The notes under the pieces were generated by a model that was not told the DNA's origin, ran no database searches, and was given only the letters and a program-made list of their open reading frames with translations. Made by a program: the position numbers and the translations under genes. A stretch of DNA of 64,000 nt, taken from the NCBI GenBank assembly GCA_977016875.1, contig CDRNST010000244.1, positions 62,001 through 126,000 of the forward strand. Reading direction: 5' to 3'. Within the stretch, counting starts at the first letter, position 1; every line of letters begins with the position of its first letter. Positions 1 through 13,095 of the stretch are shown here, piece after piece. This DNA comes from Pavona decussata (lineage: Eukaryota).

Positions 1-256
1 AAACAACAACAGCATTTTATATATAATTATTATTTTTATTATGTGTATTTATTGTTATTATTAATATTATTATTATTAATTTTTTTGGCTATTTTCATTT
101 ACAAAGTGTAATGCGCAGTTGATCATATTTACATGTTAATTTGCGCAGTAGAAATATTAAAATATTAATATTAATTCTAATTAATTTGAAATTATTACAG
201 ATATATTACAACACAACAATAACAACACTTTAAAAAACTCCCATATATTTTGTTAG

Positions 257-3021
257 ATTTTGCTCAAGATGCTGTACATTCGCCCTGATGCTGGTCTCGA
301 GGCTCAAGAGTGTAATCTGAGGGTGTCTGTTCAGCCGCTCAGACTCAACGTAGATCAGGTACTCCTCGCTCTGCATCCATGATGAACGTTTTATTTTAGA
401 CCTTCGTTTCGTGCCTTTGTTTAATGTTTCTTTTTTTTTTTTTTTGTTGACCGTTGTTAGGATGCTTTATTTTTCTTGAGGAATTTCTTCTCAGAGGTCA
501 TGGGAGAAGCAGCGAAAAATCCCAAAGGTACAGCAACTTTCACCCTTAATTCCTGTTATGTGTTACAGTCGAACCAGGTCAAGCGTACCCCCCTAGACTC
601 TATTAATGGATCGATTATTTGAAAATTGAACCCATTAGTTGTTTCAAAGAATGCATTCATTCATTCATTCATTGTTAGCGCGGATCAATGCCCAAATTAA
701 AATTCGACTCTTATTGGTTTTAATTTGAACATTGATCCGCGCTAACAGTAAAAGCAATAGCCTGTAAAATTCAAACTACAGTACATTTGAAACAGCTCGT
801 TCGTTCAAACTGTTCCCGCATGTTGTTGACACGTTCATTATGCAAATTCGATCATGGCAAGAGCACAAAGTCAAGCGCTTGCAACTGAGTCGGGCTGAAA
901 AATTCCAATTTATCTTTCATGTATAGCATTACCCACCTTGTAGCATGAAAAAGTGTGGTATATATTTTACCAGACTGTCCATTATACCGCGAAGAATAGC
1001 GAAACACATGCGCCGAAGGTCATAGCCATTGTCGAGGGTCAACTGAAATGAACATGTTCGCATACTTTTCGCTAAATTGATTGGCATATACCTCAAAAAG
1101 AGAACCGCTTATTACGATAAAACGCTTCCAATCCTTTTTTTTTTTTTGAATAACTAACGGAATAAGCGCCAGTGCATAAACGTAAAATGTCCATTTAGTG
1201 ATCATTAGTGAGTTTAAACTTACCCGACAGGACCCACTTTAATACACCATGCGCGGTTGAAAATGGCGAATTTTCTTTCTGACAGTACGCGTTGACTGCT
1301 GCAAGTCACGAGAAATCTGGTTTTTGGAAAATACTATTATATAAATCAAGAATTTCCCCTTTGAATATGATGAGGGGGGTTTTCCGGCCGGCTTTCTGGT
1401 TTTCTTGTTTCATGCATTGTTCGTATAATCCAATCAAAAATCGAATTTTGATTTGAATACTTGAAACGACTAACGCGTTCAATTTTCAAATAATAGATTC
1501 ATTAATAGAATATAGGGGGGTACGCTTGACCTGGTTCGACTGTAACTATGGGTTACCTCTAATTCCATCGTTATCGTCCATAGAGTGATTTAGATGTTAT
1601 TTAAAATTTCAATAGCTGTATAGCTGATAAGGCAAATCGTGTACAGCGAAGTGAACCGCATCACAAGAAAGTACTGCTCAGTAGCTTTTATTTGAATTTC
1701 GTGCATTTTAGGATTGTAAGTGAAGGAGTTACTTGATGTTAACTACACTGTTTGTTCTTTGTTAGGATCAAACGCCATTGATTCAAGTCCCGTGAAGGCG
1801 GCGCCAACTTCTGATTGGTTAACGGAGTCCTGTGATGCGGTAGAGGCCCTGGTGAACTCGGCTAGTGGGTCCGAGGTTGATAGCCTTGAGCCGGCCCCTA
1901 CGTTCTTTAGGTCTTTTATTTTTTCTCCCGAAGTGCCTATTAGGCTAGACTATCAAGGGAAGAGAGTTGATATGGAGCAGGTAAACAAAATTGCTTTCAG
2001 GAACAACTTCAAACTGAAGAATTGCGGTACAAATTTTGTGCTAAAACGAGCTAATACCTTGTCTCGTTCTTCGCTCTTTGGCGAAGGGCAAAGAATGTTG
2101 CTTACGTCAACTTTAGAAAACGTTAGCAGCTTAGCATGAAAGTAATGTTTTCAGTTTGTATCATTCCTACCATTACAAAATTGTACGCAATTGCTAAATT
2201 GGTCCTTTTTCCTGTGCTTTACACAAAGTGCCTGTTTTTGCCAACTATTCGGGATTTACGGCATTCAGCAGAAAACCGTTTTACTCCAGTTAGCGCTGAA
2301 ACAATCTCTGTTCTGTTTCACTCAGGGTACCTTGGCTGGCTTACTGATCGGTCTTGCTCAGCTCAACTGCTCTGAACTACGTTTGAAGCGCTTGTGCTGC
2401 CGAAGCGGCTTGCTGGGTATAGACAGAGTCGTGAACTACGCCTTGTCCGAGTGGCTCACAGACATCAAAGGCACACAGCTGCCCGGGATACTGGGCGGGG
2501 TGGGACCCGTGCACTCATTCCTCCAGCTGTTTCAGGGACTTGTTGACCTGGTGTGGCTGCCTATCGATCAGTACCGCCGGGATGGGCGTGTCATGCGGGG
2601 CTTGCAGAGGGGTGCAAACTCTTTCACCACCTCTTCTGCTATGGCTTTCATTGAACTTACCAACAGAGTTGTGCAGGTGATACAGGTGAGAGGTGACAAG
2701 TTTTGAGTAACATTGATAATTTCCCCCCCCCCCCCTCCCCTGAAAGAAGGGAACCCGCGAAAATACCCTTAGGCTATTCGTCGGGCATTAGATAAGTCCC
2801 ATCCCGTTCTCGAAATTATGTCAACTCAATTGGTGCCGATTACGCAAAAGACGCGATCCTCGGAATTTAAGGGGACAAAAGTAAGGACTCTGAACGAAAA
2901 TTAACAGTATTCGTACAAGCTTCAGTCGATAAATCAATGTCAAGTGTCCAATACATCGAAGACTATCGCAGTTTACAGTTATGTGGAAGAAAAGGCGATA
3001 AAACGTGGTTCAGACTTGGAA

Positions 3022-3052
<31 letters not shown>

Positions 3053-4727
3053 ATGCACTGCTCTACTAACTGAGCTATCAAGCCAACTGGGAGCTGGTCA
3101 TACATTCACTTTCATATAATCCTCTTCCCTTGGGTGTATGGTTGGCGTGATAGCTGAGATAGGCGAGCAATTAAATTTTAGTTGTTGTTAGTTCCTTATG
3201 TATTATTATTATTATTACGTTTTGTTTAATTTTGTTTTTAAAAGACCTTCCTATCGTTTTGGCTCCCTGAACGTTGCGCCCCCTTCCAGTTTAAGTAAAG
3301 TTTGGTAGAAGGGAGGCTTTCGCAGTTTAAAAAAAATCATTAAAAATAGTTACTTACCATATACGTCCAAATTCAATACTGAATATACAAAGACTTGCAA
3401 CTCATGGAAGTATGGCTCTGCTAATAACCCTCTTTATGTTTGCGCTTTTAGAGTAGTACACTGAGCTCAAAGGCAAGATCCGTTTTGCAAACTGATCAGA
3501 TTTTGATAACTTCTAATTGTTTGGTTTCAATTGCAGGCGGCCGCCGAGACAGCTTATGACGTAGTGAGTCCAGACTCCCCAGTGAAGCGCGGCCAGAATC
3601 GCCTCGCACAACAGCCCGCTGATTTACGGGAAGGTGTAAGCAACGCCTATCAAGTCTTCAGAGAGGTTAGCTATACTATGTGTGTTTTTTGTCTTTTCTC
3701 TGTTTTCATATGCCACACATCGACATTCAAATCCTAGCAGGATTTGTCACGTGAACCTAGTTTAATAGCCTTAAGACGCGGCTACACGAGTGAGTTTTTG
3801 CTCGCGCAGGTGATGCGATTTTTTAAAATTTTGTCGCGTCGCCAGCGCAAGATGAAAATCGCACGTGTAGCCACCTTCGAACTGGCGACGCGACAGGTGA
3901 AAAATCGCAAGAAAAAAGTCGCCAGAATTGAAATTTCCGCGACAAAATCGCAGAGATAGTCGCCCGTGTAGTCACCCTGCAACTAAGCCTTGAAATTGCG
4001 TCTTCGTCATACGCAATAGCTCGCGAAACGTCGGGGTATCCTCGACTGTAATTTCCGTCAGAAGTTGATGGTAAAATCCCCGTTCCTTTCTCCTTGCGAG
4101 CCACGTTTGCTTTTTATCGTCAAGAAGAAGAATGCAAATAGTGGATAAAACAACATCCTCTTTCAAAGGGCCGTCTGCCATGTTTGTTTATAGTGCCCAG
4201 GTCTCTTGAAGTATGCGATTCGCGCGGCTTTCAATTTGTCGCGAATCTCGCTAGAATTTGTCACTCGTGTAGCCACCCTCTCGCGCTGGCGGCGCGACAA
4301 AATTTGAAAAAATCGCATCACCTGCACGAGCAAAAAATCGCTCGTGTAGCCGCGGCTGTAGCTCACAGTAGAGCATCCAAACTAGTAATAGAAAGGTCAT
4401 AGGTGAGACTCCGTTTGGGAGAACTCGGAGAACTCTGAGTATGCCTGTCACTGACTGAATAAGACATCATTCTCATTTATTCTTCCTATTTATTTTCAGG
4501 GACTGGGTCAAACGGCCACAAATATTGTACAAGTTGCCAAAGACGAGCATGAACAGAAGGGCGTAACAGGAGCCGTGGGTGGTGTTCTTCGCCAGGTCCC
4601 GGCCACAGTGGTCCAGCCTCTTATCCTGGCTACAGAAGCGACTTCCAATGTTCTGGGAGGGGTCCGTAACCAAATCCTACCTGATGCGCGGCGAGAGGCC
4701 GCAGATAAGTGGCGAGCTAGTCCTTGA
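257..4727 (+). CDS. ATG2: Autophagy-related protein 2 (ATG2), last six coding exons; 5' part lies upstream of the window
   Basis: GT-AG exons 257-358, 461-527, 1766-1980, 2326-2685, 3537-3665 and 4500-4727 join in frame. Peptides match the ATG2 C-terminus: QECNLRVSVQPLRLNVDQDALFFLRNFF, FFRSFIFSPEVPIRLDYQGKRVDMEQGTLAGLLIGL, LPGILGGVGPVHSFLQLFQG, QQPADLREGV, GAVGGVLRQVPATVVQPLILATEATSNVLGGVRNQILPDARREAADKW. Stop TGA at 4725-4727, AATAAA at 4731. Confidence 0.95.
566..1542. mobile_element. Non-autonomous Tc1/mariner (pogo/Tigger-like) DNA transposon in an ATG2 intron
   Basis: About 85-bp imperfect TIRs beginning CAGTCGAACCAGGTCAAGCGTACCCCCC and ending GGGGGGTACGCTTGACCTGGTTCGACTG. TA flanks both sides (564-565, 1543-1544). 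Contains a small hairpin at 673-747. Confidence 0.85.
3010..3084 (-). repeat. tRNA-derived SINE-like head
   Basis: Minus strand GGCTTGATAGCTCAGTTAGTAGAGC...GGGTTCGAATCCC has A and B boxes, but the anticodon arm is degenerate. Confidence 0.65.
3774..4357 (-). mobile_element. Internally deleted PIF/Harbinger element carrying the transposase N-terminus
   Basis: About 75-bp TIRs (AGACGCGGCTACACGAG.../...CTCGTGTAGCCGCGGCT). Internal ORF 3972-4181 (-) WLARRKERGFYHQLLTEITVEDTPTFRELLRMTKTQF resembles the Harbinger transposase N-terminal motif. Confidence 0.75.
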
Positions 4728-5137
4728 TGCAATAAACCGTCTTCATCCAGGGAATATTAAGCGTAAAGAGCTAATTATTAAGAGAAAATGGATGAAAGAA
4801 CATGCACTACAGGAAAGTACTACGTAACAGCTTTTCTTTGTAACTGAACTGTCGCATTTATCCACCTATTCAAAGTGAAGTGTAGTCACATTGACTTCGG
4901 GCGGCCGGAGGGAAGGTTTCAAGATTTTAAGATTTACAGATGAAAGAATTCGAATGCGTTCCGGTTTCGACAAATTCTTGTATTTAAAATGCTCTTCTCA
5001 AACTCATTAATTATTCATGAAAAGAAAACAAAGGAAATCACTACCGTGAAGGAGGTTTGAAAATGTGATCTTAATTTATCATAAAATTTTGTGAACTTTT
5101 GCTTCGAATTTCTCCAAGAATAATCAATAGTTTGAGA

Positions 5138-5289
5138 AGCTATATCAAACACTCGAAAGAGTGTTTCCTCCTATTTCCAAACACCTCGAAGCTGGTTAAA
5201 AAAAACTCGGCTGCGCCTCGTTTTTCTAACCTACTTCTCGGTGTTTGGAAATCGGAGGAAACACTCTTCCTCGTGTTTGATCTATAACT
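5138..5289. repeat. Palindromic MITE-like repeat
   Basis: Foldback TATATCAAACAC...GAGTGTTTCCTCC...TTTCCAAACACC / GGTGTTTGGAAA...GGAGGAAACACTC...GTGTTTGATCTATA. Confidence 0.7.
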
Positions 5290-6020
5290 TCAATAATAAC
5301 AGTTCATGATTACATAAGCTTAACGTGGTGAGGAAACCCCTTGTAGTCATCATCATCATCGTCGTTATCATCAACAACAACATCAATATCAACATAAACA
5401 AAACAGGCAACAAAAACAACAAAAACGCAGACTTAGTTACTGGTATCGGTTTCCCCAATATTTTAATCGGGTGTTATTTAAGGAACGCTTTAGATGTGGG
5501 AATTGGAACACATCTTTGGCTTCTAAACGTAGTTAGGGGGATGTCTTGAATTAAAACCTGGGCACGTGTGCGTAGATGGTTTCAAGGTAACATTAATCGG
5601 GGCGATTTTTAACGCAACGTTATTGCCTCATTTACCATAGCGCCCGGGGGATTTAAAATGCACGTTTTGTTACGGACTGGCAACAAAATGTTGCGATAAA
5701 GGTAACTATTTTCAAGGAATTTAAAGTTAATTCTTATCGTGTTAAGTAGAATAGGCTACGTTAATTTGTTATTTATTCTCATTTGAAGCTTACTAGAGAG
5801 GGACAGAATATGTTTTCTTACGGGAGAGTAATTTGTTAAAGTATACTTAACAGTTATTCCGCGAGCGTGCATTGGATATGCGTTGAACCTGTATCCAAGA
5901 AGCGCGAGTGGAACAATCGTTTTAGCAAAAACAACCAAGAAATAGCTTGATCATGCTGAATTTATTTTGTTAGAACGGCGACTGAGAAGTCGATGCATGG
6001 TCGATATTTCCTGGGGATGG

Positions 6021-7557
6021 TATAAATAAACAATAGCCTCCATTTGGCGCGAAAATATGCTCAGATATTGGTCCGCGGACATTATCTGTTCCGAGAAGCG
6101 AACAGTTTTCCGAGAGCGAAGCTCGAGGAAAACTGTGAGCTTCGAGGAGCAGATAATGTCCAAGGACTAATATCTGAGCATATTTTTAAAGTCAAATGGA
6201 GGCTATTGTGTTTATTATCCTTCAAATATTTTTCGCAACATGCGGGAATCTCGCGGGAATCGGCAGGATCTGCCATTCTGTCATATGTCAATCACGTCAA
6301 AGTTTGTCAGTTGGCTTCCAAAATCTCCACGTCAGATTTCGCTTCAGGTCGAAAGCATTTGTTTGGGGAAAAGGTAAAATATTTGAAAGAAAAGTAAACT
6401 TGTTTAATTTCGTGAAAGACAAAAGCAAGATACAAGTGGTGGATAAGGTTACAGGGAATCTAACTACCTCTCGAGAACAAGCTAAAGATCACTGAAAGCG
6501 AAAAACTGTAAAGTATAGCATTCCGTAAAAAGTGTAAACTGTCGTCAACGAAACAGGCGGCGCTTTGTCGTTCACTTCCTTTATCTCGTGTTCAATTGGA
6601 GCAGCACTTTATATCGAAAATACAATTGTGGAATTTGCTAGCCGAAAACGACCTGTGAAGAAATCGAAGCTGAACCTGCAGTCGAATACGACGGTTTTTG
6701 CTGGATTCCATCAAAGCGCTTTCTTTGCTAACTTGACATTGAATGGAGCCAGCAACGAAGTCGTTCACAATCACTGAGGATTAAACTTGTTGCTCGAGAG
6801 TAGGACAAGCTGCTTCTTTTCGTAGAGAATTTCGACATCTCGGGGTAACATGGCTGGTTTTTGTTTCGTGGACGAGATTTTATGTTCGCGAGCGATCTCG
6901 ACCAGGTGAGCATTGATAGCATCATTTACCGGCTTGAACTCTGTCAGTACTGGTACTGAAATATATGTTTTCGTTATTTAAATTCATTATATCCAGGCCA
7001 GCACGAATTGCTCTCATTGAATTACAACTGTAATATTTGCCGTCGTGTAAGCGAGCTTCGAGCTTATTAATTAAACTCGTTTAATAGCTTGTTGATGGCT
7101 TTCTCATTTCGCCAGACTAAAAGAAAACCATAAATACTCTTAAATGAGATGGGCTAAAACTTTTCGCCTTTCATATTTTTCAGTTTTGCCACATTTTTAA
7201 TTCAAGGCTTGTTAAACAGAGTTCAAACCAAGAGAAAATGTCGCAAATACGAGCTTGAGTATTTCAACATTTCGTTTACGAACAGCTTACCGTCAAAAAC
7301 GTTTAGAGCGTATGTTGTTTTCTGGTACTGGTTTATCGACCAGCAGGTTTATCTCTTCTTCTGTCACAAAAGCAAACTGTTCCCCCATCTTGACCTTCAT
7401 TTTAATTGCAAACTTGACGCTCCTTGAAGTTTTTGAAATTGGGGAATATCACTTGGGGAATATCCTCGGATATTCCCCAGTTTTAGCTGGGGTATATTCG
7501 GTCACGTGAGGCGTTTAGACCAATCGCGTGGGAGCGAAAATATTTGATGGATTATAA
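6021..7557. repeat. Unclassified interspersed repeat with a 5' hairpin
   Basis: Inverted repeat AAACAATAGCCTCCATTTG / CAAATGGAGGCTATTGTGTTT at about 6027-6215, and GGGGAATATC repeats near the 3' end. Only spurious ORFs. Boundaries approximate. Confidence 0.5.
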
Positions 7558-8822
7558 TAACTGATATCTCATAGCTTCCAAGCAAATCAAAACTTTAGGA
7601 TAACATCATCCAATAATCCTGTTTTCATCTGAACTGCTATCCGGCTGGTGCCGCCGTATATAAAAATTGTACAAGTTTTTTTGTTTGTTTTTTTAATCAT
7701 TAGAAGATTTAAAATATGTACATTAAAATCTGTACATAAAAGGAGAGAAAAAATGTTTTGATGCCTGTGGAGATGTACAGAAAATTTGAGGTGTGAGTAA
7801 GAAAAATCTCTAAGCCTCGGAGTTTAATAAACTATTCAATTTTCAGTTCTTGCTCGTGTCCTGTCGAATGACTAAGTAGCCCGGTGTACAATTATGAGAT
7901 TAGCACGGAGGGGGGGGGGGGTGGGGGGCGGAGGGGGAGGGGGACTCCCTATAATCGACTATACAGGAGCTTCGCCCGAAAGAGATACCTTTTTGAGGTA
8001 TGAGGTATATAAAAGCGCAGGGATTTCGCGACTTGAAGTATAGAAACTCTCAGATATTTAACAGCCTGGGCATTTCATAAAAAGTTAATTCCAAGGGTAT
8101 GGAAAAGGTATGGAGTGGTACACACTCGATTGAAATAATGTTGTCCCGTGCAAAGCGTCAATCGTAAAAGATGCGACCTGATGGATATACGGGGGATCTA
8201 ATTGGCTTGTGTCTAATTCTCTTTGTCCGCGGGAAATATGTAAATGTTACGCTCTAAAAACCGCTCGTGCGTTTATCTTCTAAAAGAGTGTAAATAAGCT
8301 CATTGCTCAAAGGCTTCCCAGAAAGCTACTGGGTCTTATCGTTCATGGTTTATTCCTTTCACCATTTAAGGTTTTTCAACTGATGATTGGAAGAAGGAGT
8401 AAGGATTTGGAACTGGGGTCTAGCCTCCCCGTGTAAAATATTTTTTGAGTACCCCCTGTCCCCGCCCCACTTGGGGGGTGGGGGGATAAGTACAAGCATG
8501 AGACGACCAGTGCTTTTGATTTCTTGTGCGTATGTGAATAAGCCCAAGCACAAAGCGACATGCGCACGCGCAGTGTTACTTAGTTCTTGAAAGAAACTGG
8601 AGAGAGTGTAACAGTGATAATATGCTTGTGCAGTGACTGCTAATTTTCTCTCCTTATAAAAATTGTCATGATACGGAGAGAAAATTGTTGAACAGAGAAG
8701 TCCCAGAAATCGCTCTGAAAAAGCCTGATACGCTAAGTAGGTATTTTAAAGAAGGAAGCAAGGTACGGCAATTTTATTGTAGTCTTCCATTTTGTTTTGT
8801 AACTGGTACAAACCATCGTTGA

Positions 8823-9491
8823 AGGGGAAGTATCACGGGGATTTTGACCTTTTGTGATGAAAATGGTGCGACAACACCTTCACTTAGTTACCAAAAGAAT
8901 GTAGAACATCAAGAAAAAGAACATCAACTGAATTCTTGGAAGGAACAACTTATGATCTACCTTAGTGCATAGTTAATTGAAGGCAATGGTTATGAAACCT
9001 AACAAACGTCTTTGTTATATGTTTTTGTTTGCCTTTTTGGCCTTGACCCTGTACAACCAACAATAGAATTTGGAATGTATTGGACCAACTGACCAATCGA
9101 AACGTTTTTGTTAAGATATTCAACTGTGGTGTGAACGTTAAAACAAAGGATTGTGCAGGGTCGCGGCCCTTCCAACATAAACTGCAGCACCATTGTTTTC
9201 TTGGCAATGTTTCATCATGATAACCAGTCCCTCGAGTAACTATACTCAGTGCATTTTGGAAACGAAAACGCGAGAACTTGAAAACTGTTAATTAGCCAAA
9301 CTTTTTTCAAGTTGCACGGCAGTCCATTCTAACCCAGTCCATCTGTAGCCAGAGACACTCAACGATAGTCTTAGTACAGCGGGGTGGTAATCTACAACAA
9401 TTTCGAGCAATACTTTAAGGTTTCTGTTGATTGAAAACCCTTTGGAGTCACGCTTGCGGATATAACACCAAAATCCTGTGACACTTCCCCT
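8823..9491. mobile_element. Degenerate TIR element (MITE)
   Basis: AGGGGAAGTATCACGGGGATTTTG at 8823 is the inverted complement of CAAAATCCTGTGACACTTCCCCT at about 9469-9491. Confidence 0.5.
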
Positions 9492-10027
9492 TTACGTTTT
9501 AATACAAACCCTTTTCAATTTACTCTGCCGGTAACGCAACGGTTTTCCTGACGCCGCTCACATTTCAACGTCATAACCATCCGCATAAATACTCCCAGAG
9601 CTTGGTATACACCTGTTAATCAACTAGACATTACGTACAGTTATGGTAAATAAATGTAGCGGAACGTTCCGGTTGAGAAATGGTTACAATTCACTTCAAT
9701 TCGATTCAATTCAATTTATTATTATTTCCAACAAATATACAAGGACAATTTACACAACCCTCGTACAGCATTAGCTAATCTTGGCGGGTATTAGTAATAG
9801 ACAAAAATTAAGACCGTGACTACAATATTCTACAATATCGGCACTACAAGACCTTACAAGTCTGCGACGAAGAAAAAACATGCAAAGTATTTCAGGCGAC
9901 CAACTGCACCAAGTCACCCAGGTCATTACTTTTATTTGACTGGCACATGTTACACAACAGTGCAAGGATAAGCGAATTAAAATTATCTTATATCGACAAA
10001 GATAACAGAGCTGATACGTGTGCCGCT

Positions 10028-10982
10028 CTAAACGGCAGGTGCCGCAACTTGAGGTGAAATTCGAAAAACGAACTCTCTCATTTTTCTCTGTCTCCGACAG
10101 TAAATCAGCGGATTGAGAGAAGAGTTCAACATGGCAAACGTGCGGACATATGGTGAGACAAAAATTATCTTGTACAAGCCTAAATTATACCATTTCTCTA
10201 AAGACGTCGATGCCAAAACACCTAAAGGTACTGGTAGAAAAACATAACGTAACAGCAACGACAACAATCACAGTTGTCTTAAGCGTCTTGTGCTCTTTAA
10301 GGAATCTTTCTACTTCTTCTTGAGGTAGCTGCTGCGTTTTGATCTTCTTCTGGTGGCGAAGGGTTTCACGATATAAAATCGCGTAAGAAAACAAAATAAA
10401 AATAATGCGGGCAAGTAAAATGAGAGCCATAAGCTCGTTGAAAAATATTACTGCTCCGGTTCTTATGCGTCTGCCGAGATAACATGAAATGGTAAAGATC
10501 CAAATTGAGATCACCGCAACCTGAATATTTCGTTTTATGACGACGTAAGGGTGGTGCCTCGTAAATTTGATCGCAATAAGTCTCTCGCAAGTCACTAACA
10601 TTAGGTGAAGCGACGAACAAACAGCCAGAGGGCGTAAAGAAGAATTGTAGAAATCTCGAACTGAATCGTTGTCAGACCTACCAATCTAGCGGAATGCTGT
10701 CCACAGGACAAACGATGGTTGCACCGCAAGACCAGTTAATGCGTCTGTTGCTGCCAAACAGGCCAGCAAGATGTTGGTTTTGCTCTGGAGGGTTCGTCTC
10801 CTTTTCACGGCCATTATCACCAGCAAGTTAAGCAGAACAGTAAGAGGACAAGTGATGCTGTTAATGATGATCGTGGCAATGTAACTTACATGATCTGGAA
10901 TTATCCGAGAGAAAGGATCGTTCAAAAAACTCTTCGTGCTGGAGTTTGAGGAGAAGTTTGATTCGGAGACTGAGTCGTTCAT
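10028..10982 (-). pseudogene. Intronless rhodopsin-family (class A) GPCR, disrupted
   Basis: TM1-2 (LNLLVIMAV, NILLACLAATD), TM3 CERLIAI and TM7 LNSSLNPLIY lie across three ORF pieces. In-frame TAG at 10686-10688 and a +1 T in the homopolymer at 10238-10242 (LCF/LP junction). Confidence 0.85.
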
Positions 10983-12044
10983 CTTTGCAGTTCGGTAACA
11001 AAAGCTTTTTAAAGTTCAGCAAGCTAGCTGAAATGTTTTTATATTGTCTCTTAATTAACGCACAAATGTTTCCGTTGCGCTTTTTCCCATGCAGTGTATT
11101 GGCATCACTTGCCGATTGAATCGTGTCGATGGCTTTTGTACTTTGCTCAACGTCATGCATTTAATAAAATTTACTGAACAATAATTTCGTTAATCGATTT
11201 CCGCCAACTCGACCACTCAGTTGTCGGTGCCAAAATTCATTTTATTCTTTTTTATGTTACCATAAAAATATAAATTAAAAAGAAGCAATCAAACAATGAA
11301 AAACTGGTAACAAAGAAAGAAAAATACTTTTAATGAGACTTTTCAAACGCAAATTTGGTAATAAAATATAACACTGATACGGTGTGTCATTGGCCCGGGG
11401 TCAGTGGAGAAGAAGAAGAATCTACAGTGCATTTCCCAGCACTCATAATATTATGGGTGACAAATTACTGCTTAATTATAATTTTAGCGCGAAATCTCAA
11501 CGTTAATTTATAATTTCTGTGAAATTACAAAATTGCTAAATGACAACGTTTCCTAGATTTCAGTGTCAAGTCAAAACCCCACGATTATGAGTGTAATTTG
11601 AAACTCATGATGGGGTAGCACTAATCTGCGGAACTGAAGACCGCGGAACCGCGGAACCTGCGGAACCCGCGGAACCTAGAGAAATAACTAGTTTTTTTTT
11701 TTTGCAACTTACATACCAGGTATAAGGTTACAGCTGATTTCATTGCTGTGTATAGACCCGGATTTTTTTTTTACATGATTCGACCAAGAGAAGATACGTC
11801 AGTATGATTCGACATGATTCGACCAAGAGGTTACCAAGCTCATCGATGAACTCGCAAAATCATGAAGGTTCTGCACGAAGACTTGAGGTGGCGGGTGATT
11901 TATCACCAATAATTTGTACGGGGGCTCGATAAAGGAAACAGCCAATGTTCTTTTTACGAGTACCGCATTTGCTTTAAAAATCCGTAGATTGTATCGGCAA
12001 CGTGGCGAGGTGAACCGAAAGAGAAGAAAAGGACGGCAATAACG

Positions 12045-12470
12045 TAACATTTGTCGTGGTATAATCAGACATAAACAACAGTATGTTGCCCTCAAGAGTT
12101 CATTTCTCTGTTTGGCAATCACCCTCAGCTGAAGTTCAGAAAAGCAAAACAATAAGCTTGGGACGTTTGACAACCAGCCATTTTATATACCAGCATATAC
12201 TAGAAGAGATGGAGTTTTGAGGGTAATAATTTATGTATACTCTGGTGTAACTGCAAACTTTGTTCGACTTCAAACAAAGTAAAAATAATGAGTCAGACTT
12301 GCCTTTTTGTACGTAAAACCAAGGCTCAGAATCGATCGACACATTGTTGCAATGCTAAGCCGGGTCCCTGTAACGGCATGAAACCGGTCTTGGTATTCAT
12401 CTATATAGAGTTCCGGCTTGCTCCTTATCATCGCCTCTAAAACTTTGTTTTCTCTATCTGTTCCAATACC
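12045..12470 (-). mobile_element. IS630/Tc1-like transposase remnant (HTH region) split by a probable intron
   Basis: KPELYIDEYQDRFHAVTGTRLSIATMCRSILSLGFTYKK (ends 12303) continues as LRVIAKQRNELLRATY (starts 12128). This is the typical winged-HTH plus linker of IS630/Tc1-type transposases. No DDE core found. Confidence 0.6.
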
Positions 12471-12844
12471 AGCCAAAGAAACGTTTATGCTAGCATATAT
12501 TATCAAGCGCAAATAAAAGGTATTTTTGAATTGAAAATCTCGATTTTCACTGCACGTGATAATTTGCTCACTTGCACGTATCGCTGATTGAATTCAATTG
12601 TCAGGTGCGCGATTTCAAATGTTTCATAAAAAATACTGCTTCGTCTAAATAATGCGCAATTTTTTAGATAACCTGTCTTGGAAATCAACTTTTTATCCGT
12701 CAGTGGATAAGACTGTCAATTTCCTCGTGCTGTTGCCTTGAAATGTTCTCAGAATTCAAAATAATTTCAACGGCTTTTCTTTGATTGACGTCCACCAAAA
12801 CGCAACTTTATCGGAGTCTTTTGAAGGCGATAGGTCGCGTGTTA

Positions 12845-13095
12845 AGGCTGGTTTCCATATGATCGCGGATCGCAGATCGCAGATCGCAATAAGGTCTGCG
12901 ATCGTCTGCGATCATGTGGAAACATACTTCTGCGATCGTCTGCGATCGTCTGTGATCATGATCGCAGGATCGCAGACGATCGCAGAAGATAGAACATAAA
13001 GGCTGGTCTCCATATGATCGCGGATCGCAGATCGCAGACCTTATTGCGATCTGCGATCTGCGATCTGCGATCCGCGATCATATGGAAACCAGCCT
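12845..13095. mobile_element. Harbinger-type MITE with TTA target-site duplication
   Basis: TIR AGGCTGGTTTCCATATGATCGCGGATCGCAGATCGCAGA, TTA at 12842-12844 and 13096-13098. GATCGCA micro-repeats and an extra internal terminus at about 13000. Confidence 0.85.

Noticed and set aside
11626-13095. CRISPR-like array from short repeats (GCGGAACC, GATCGCA)
   Set aside because: No unique spacers of constant length, no cas genes and a eukaryotic context; these are transposon subterminal repeats.
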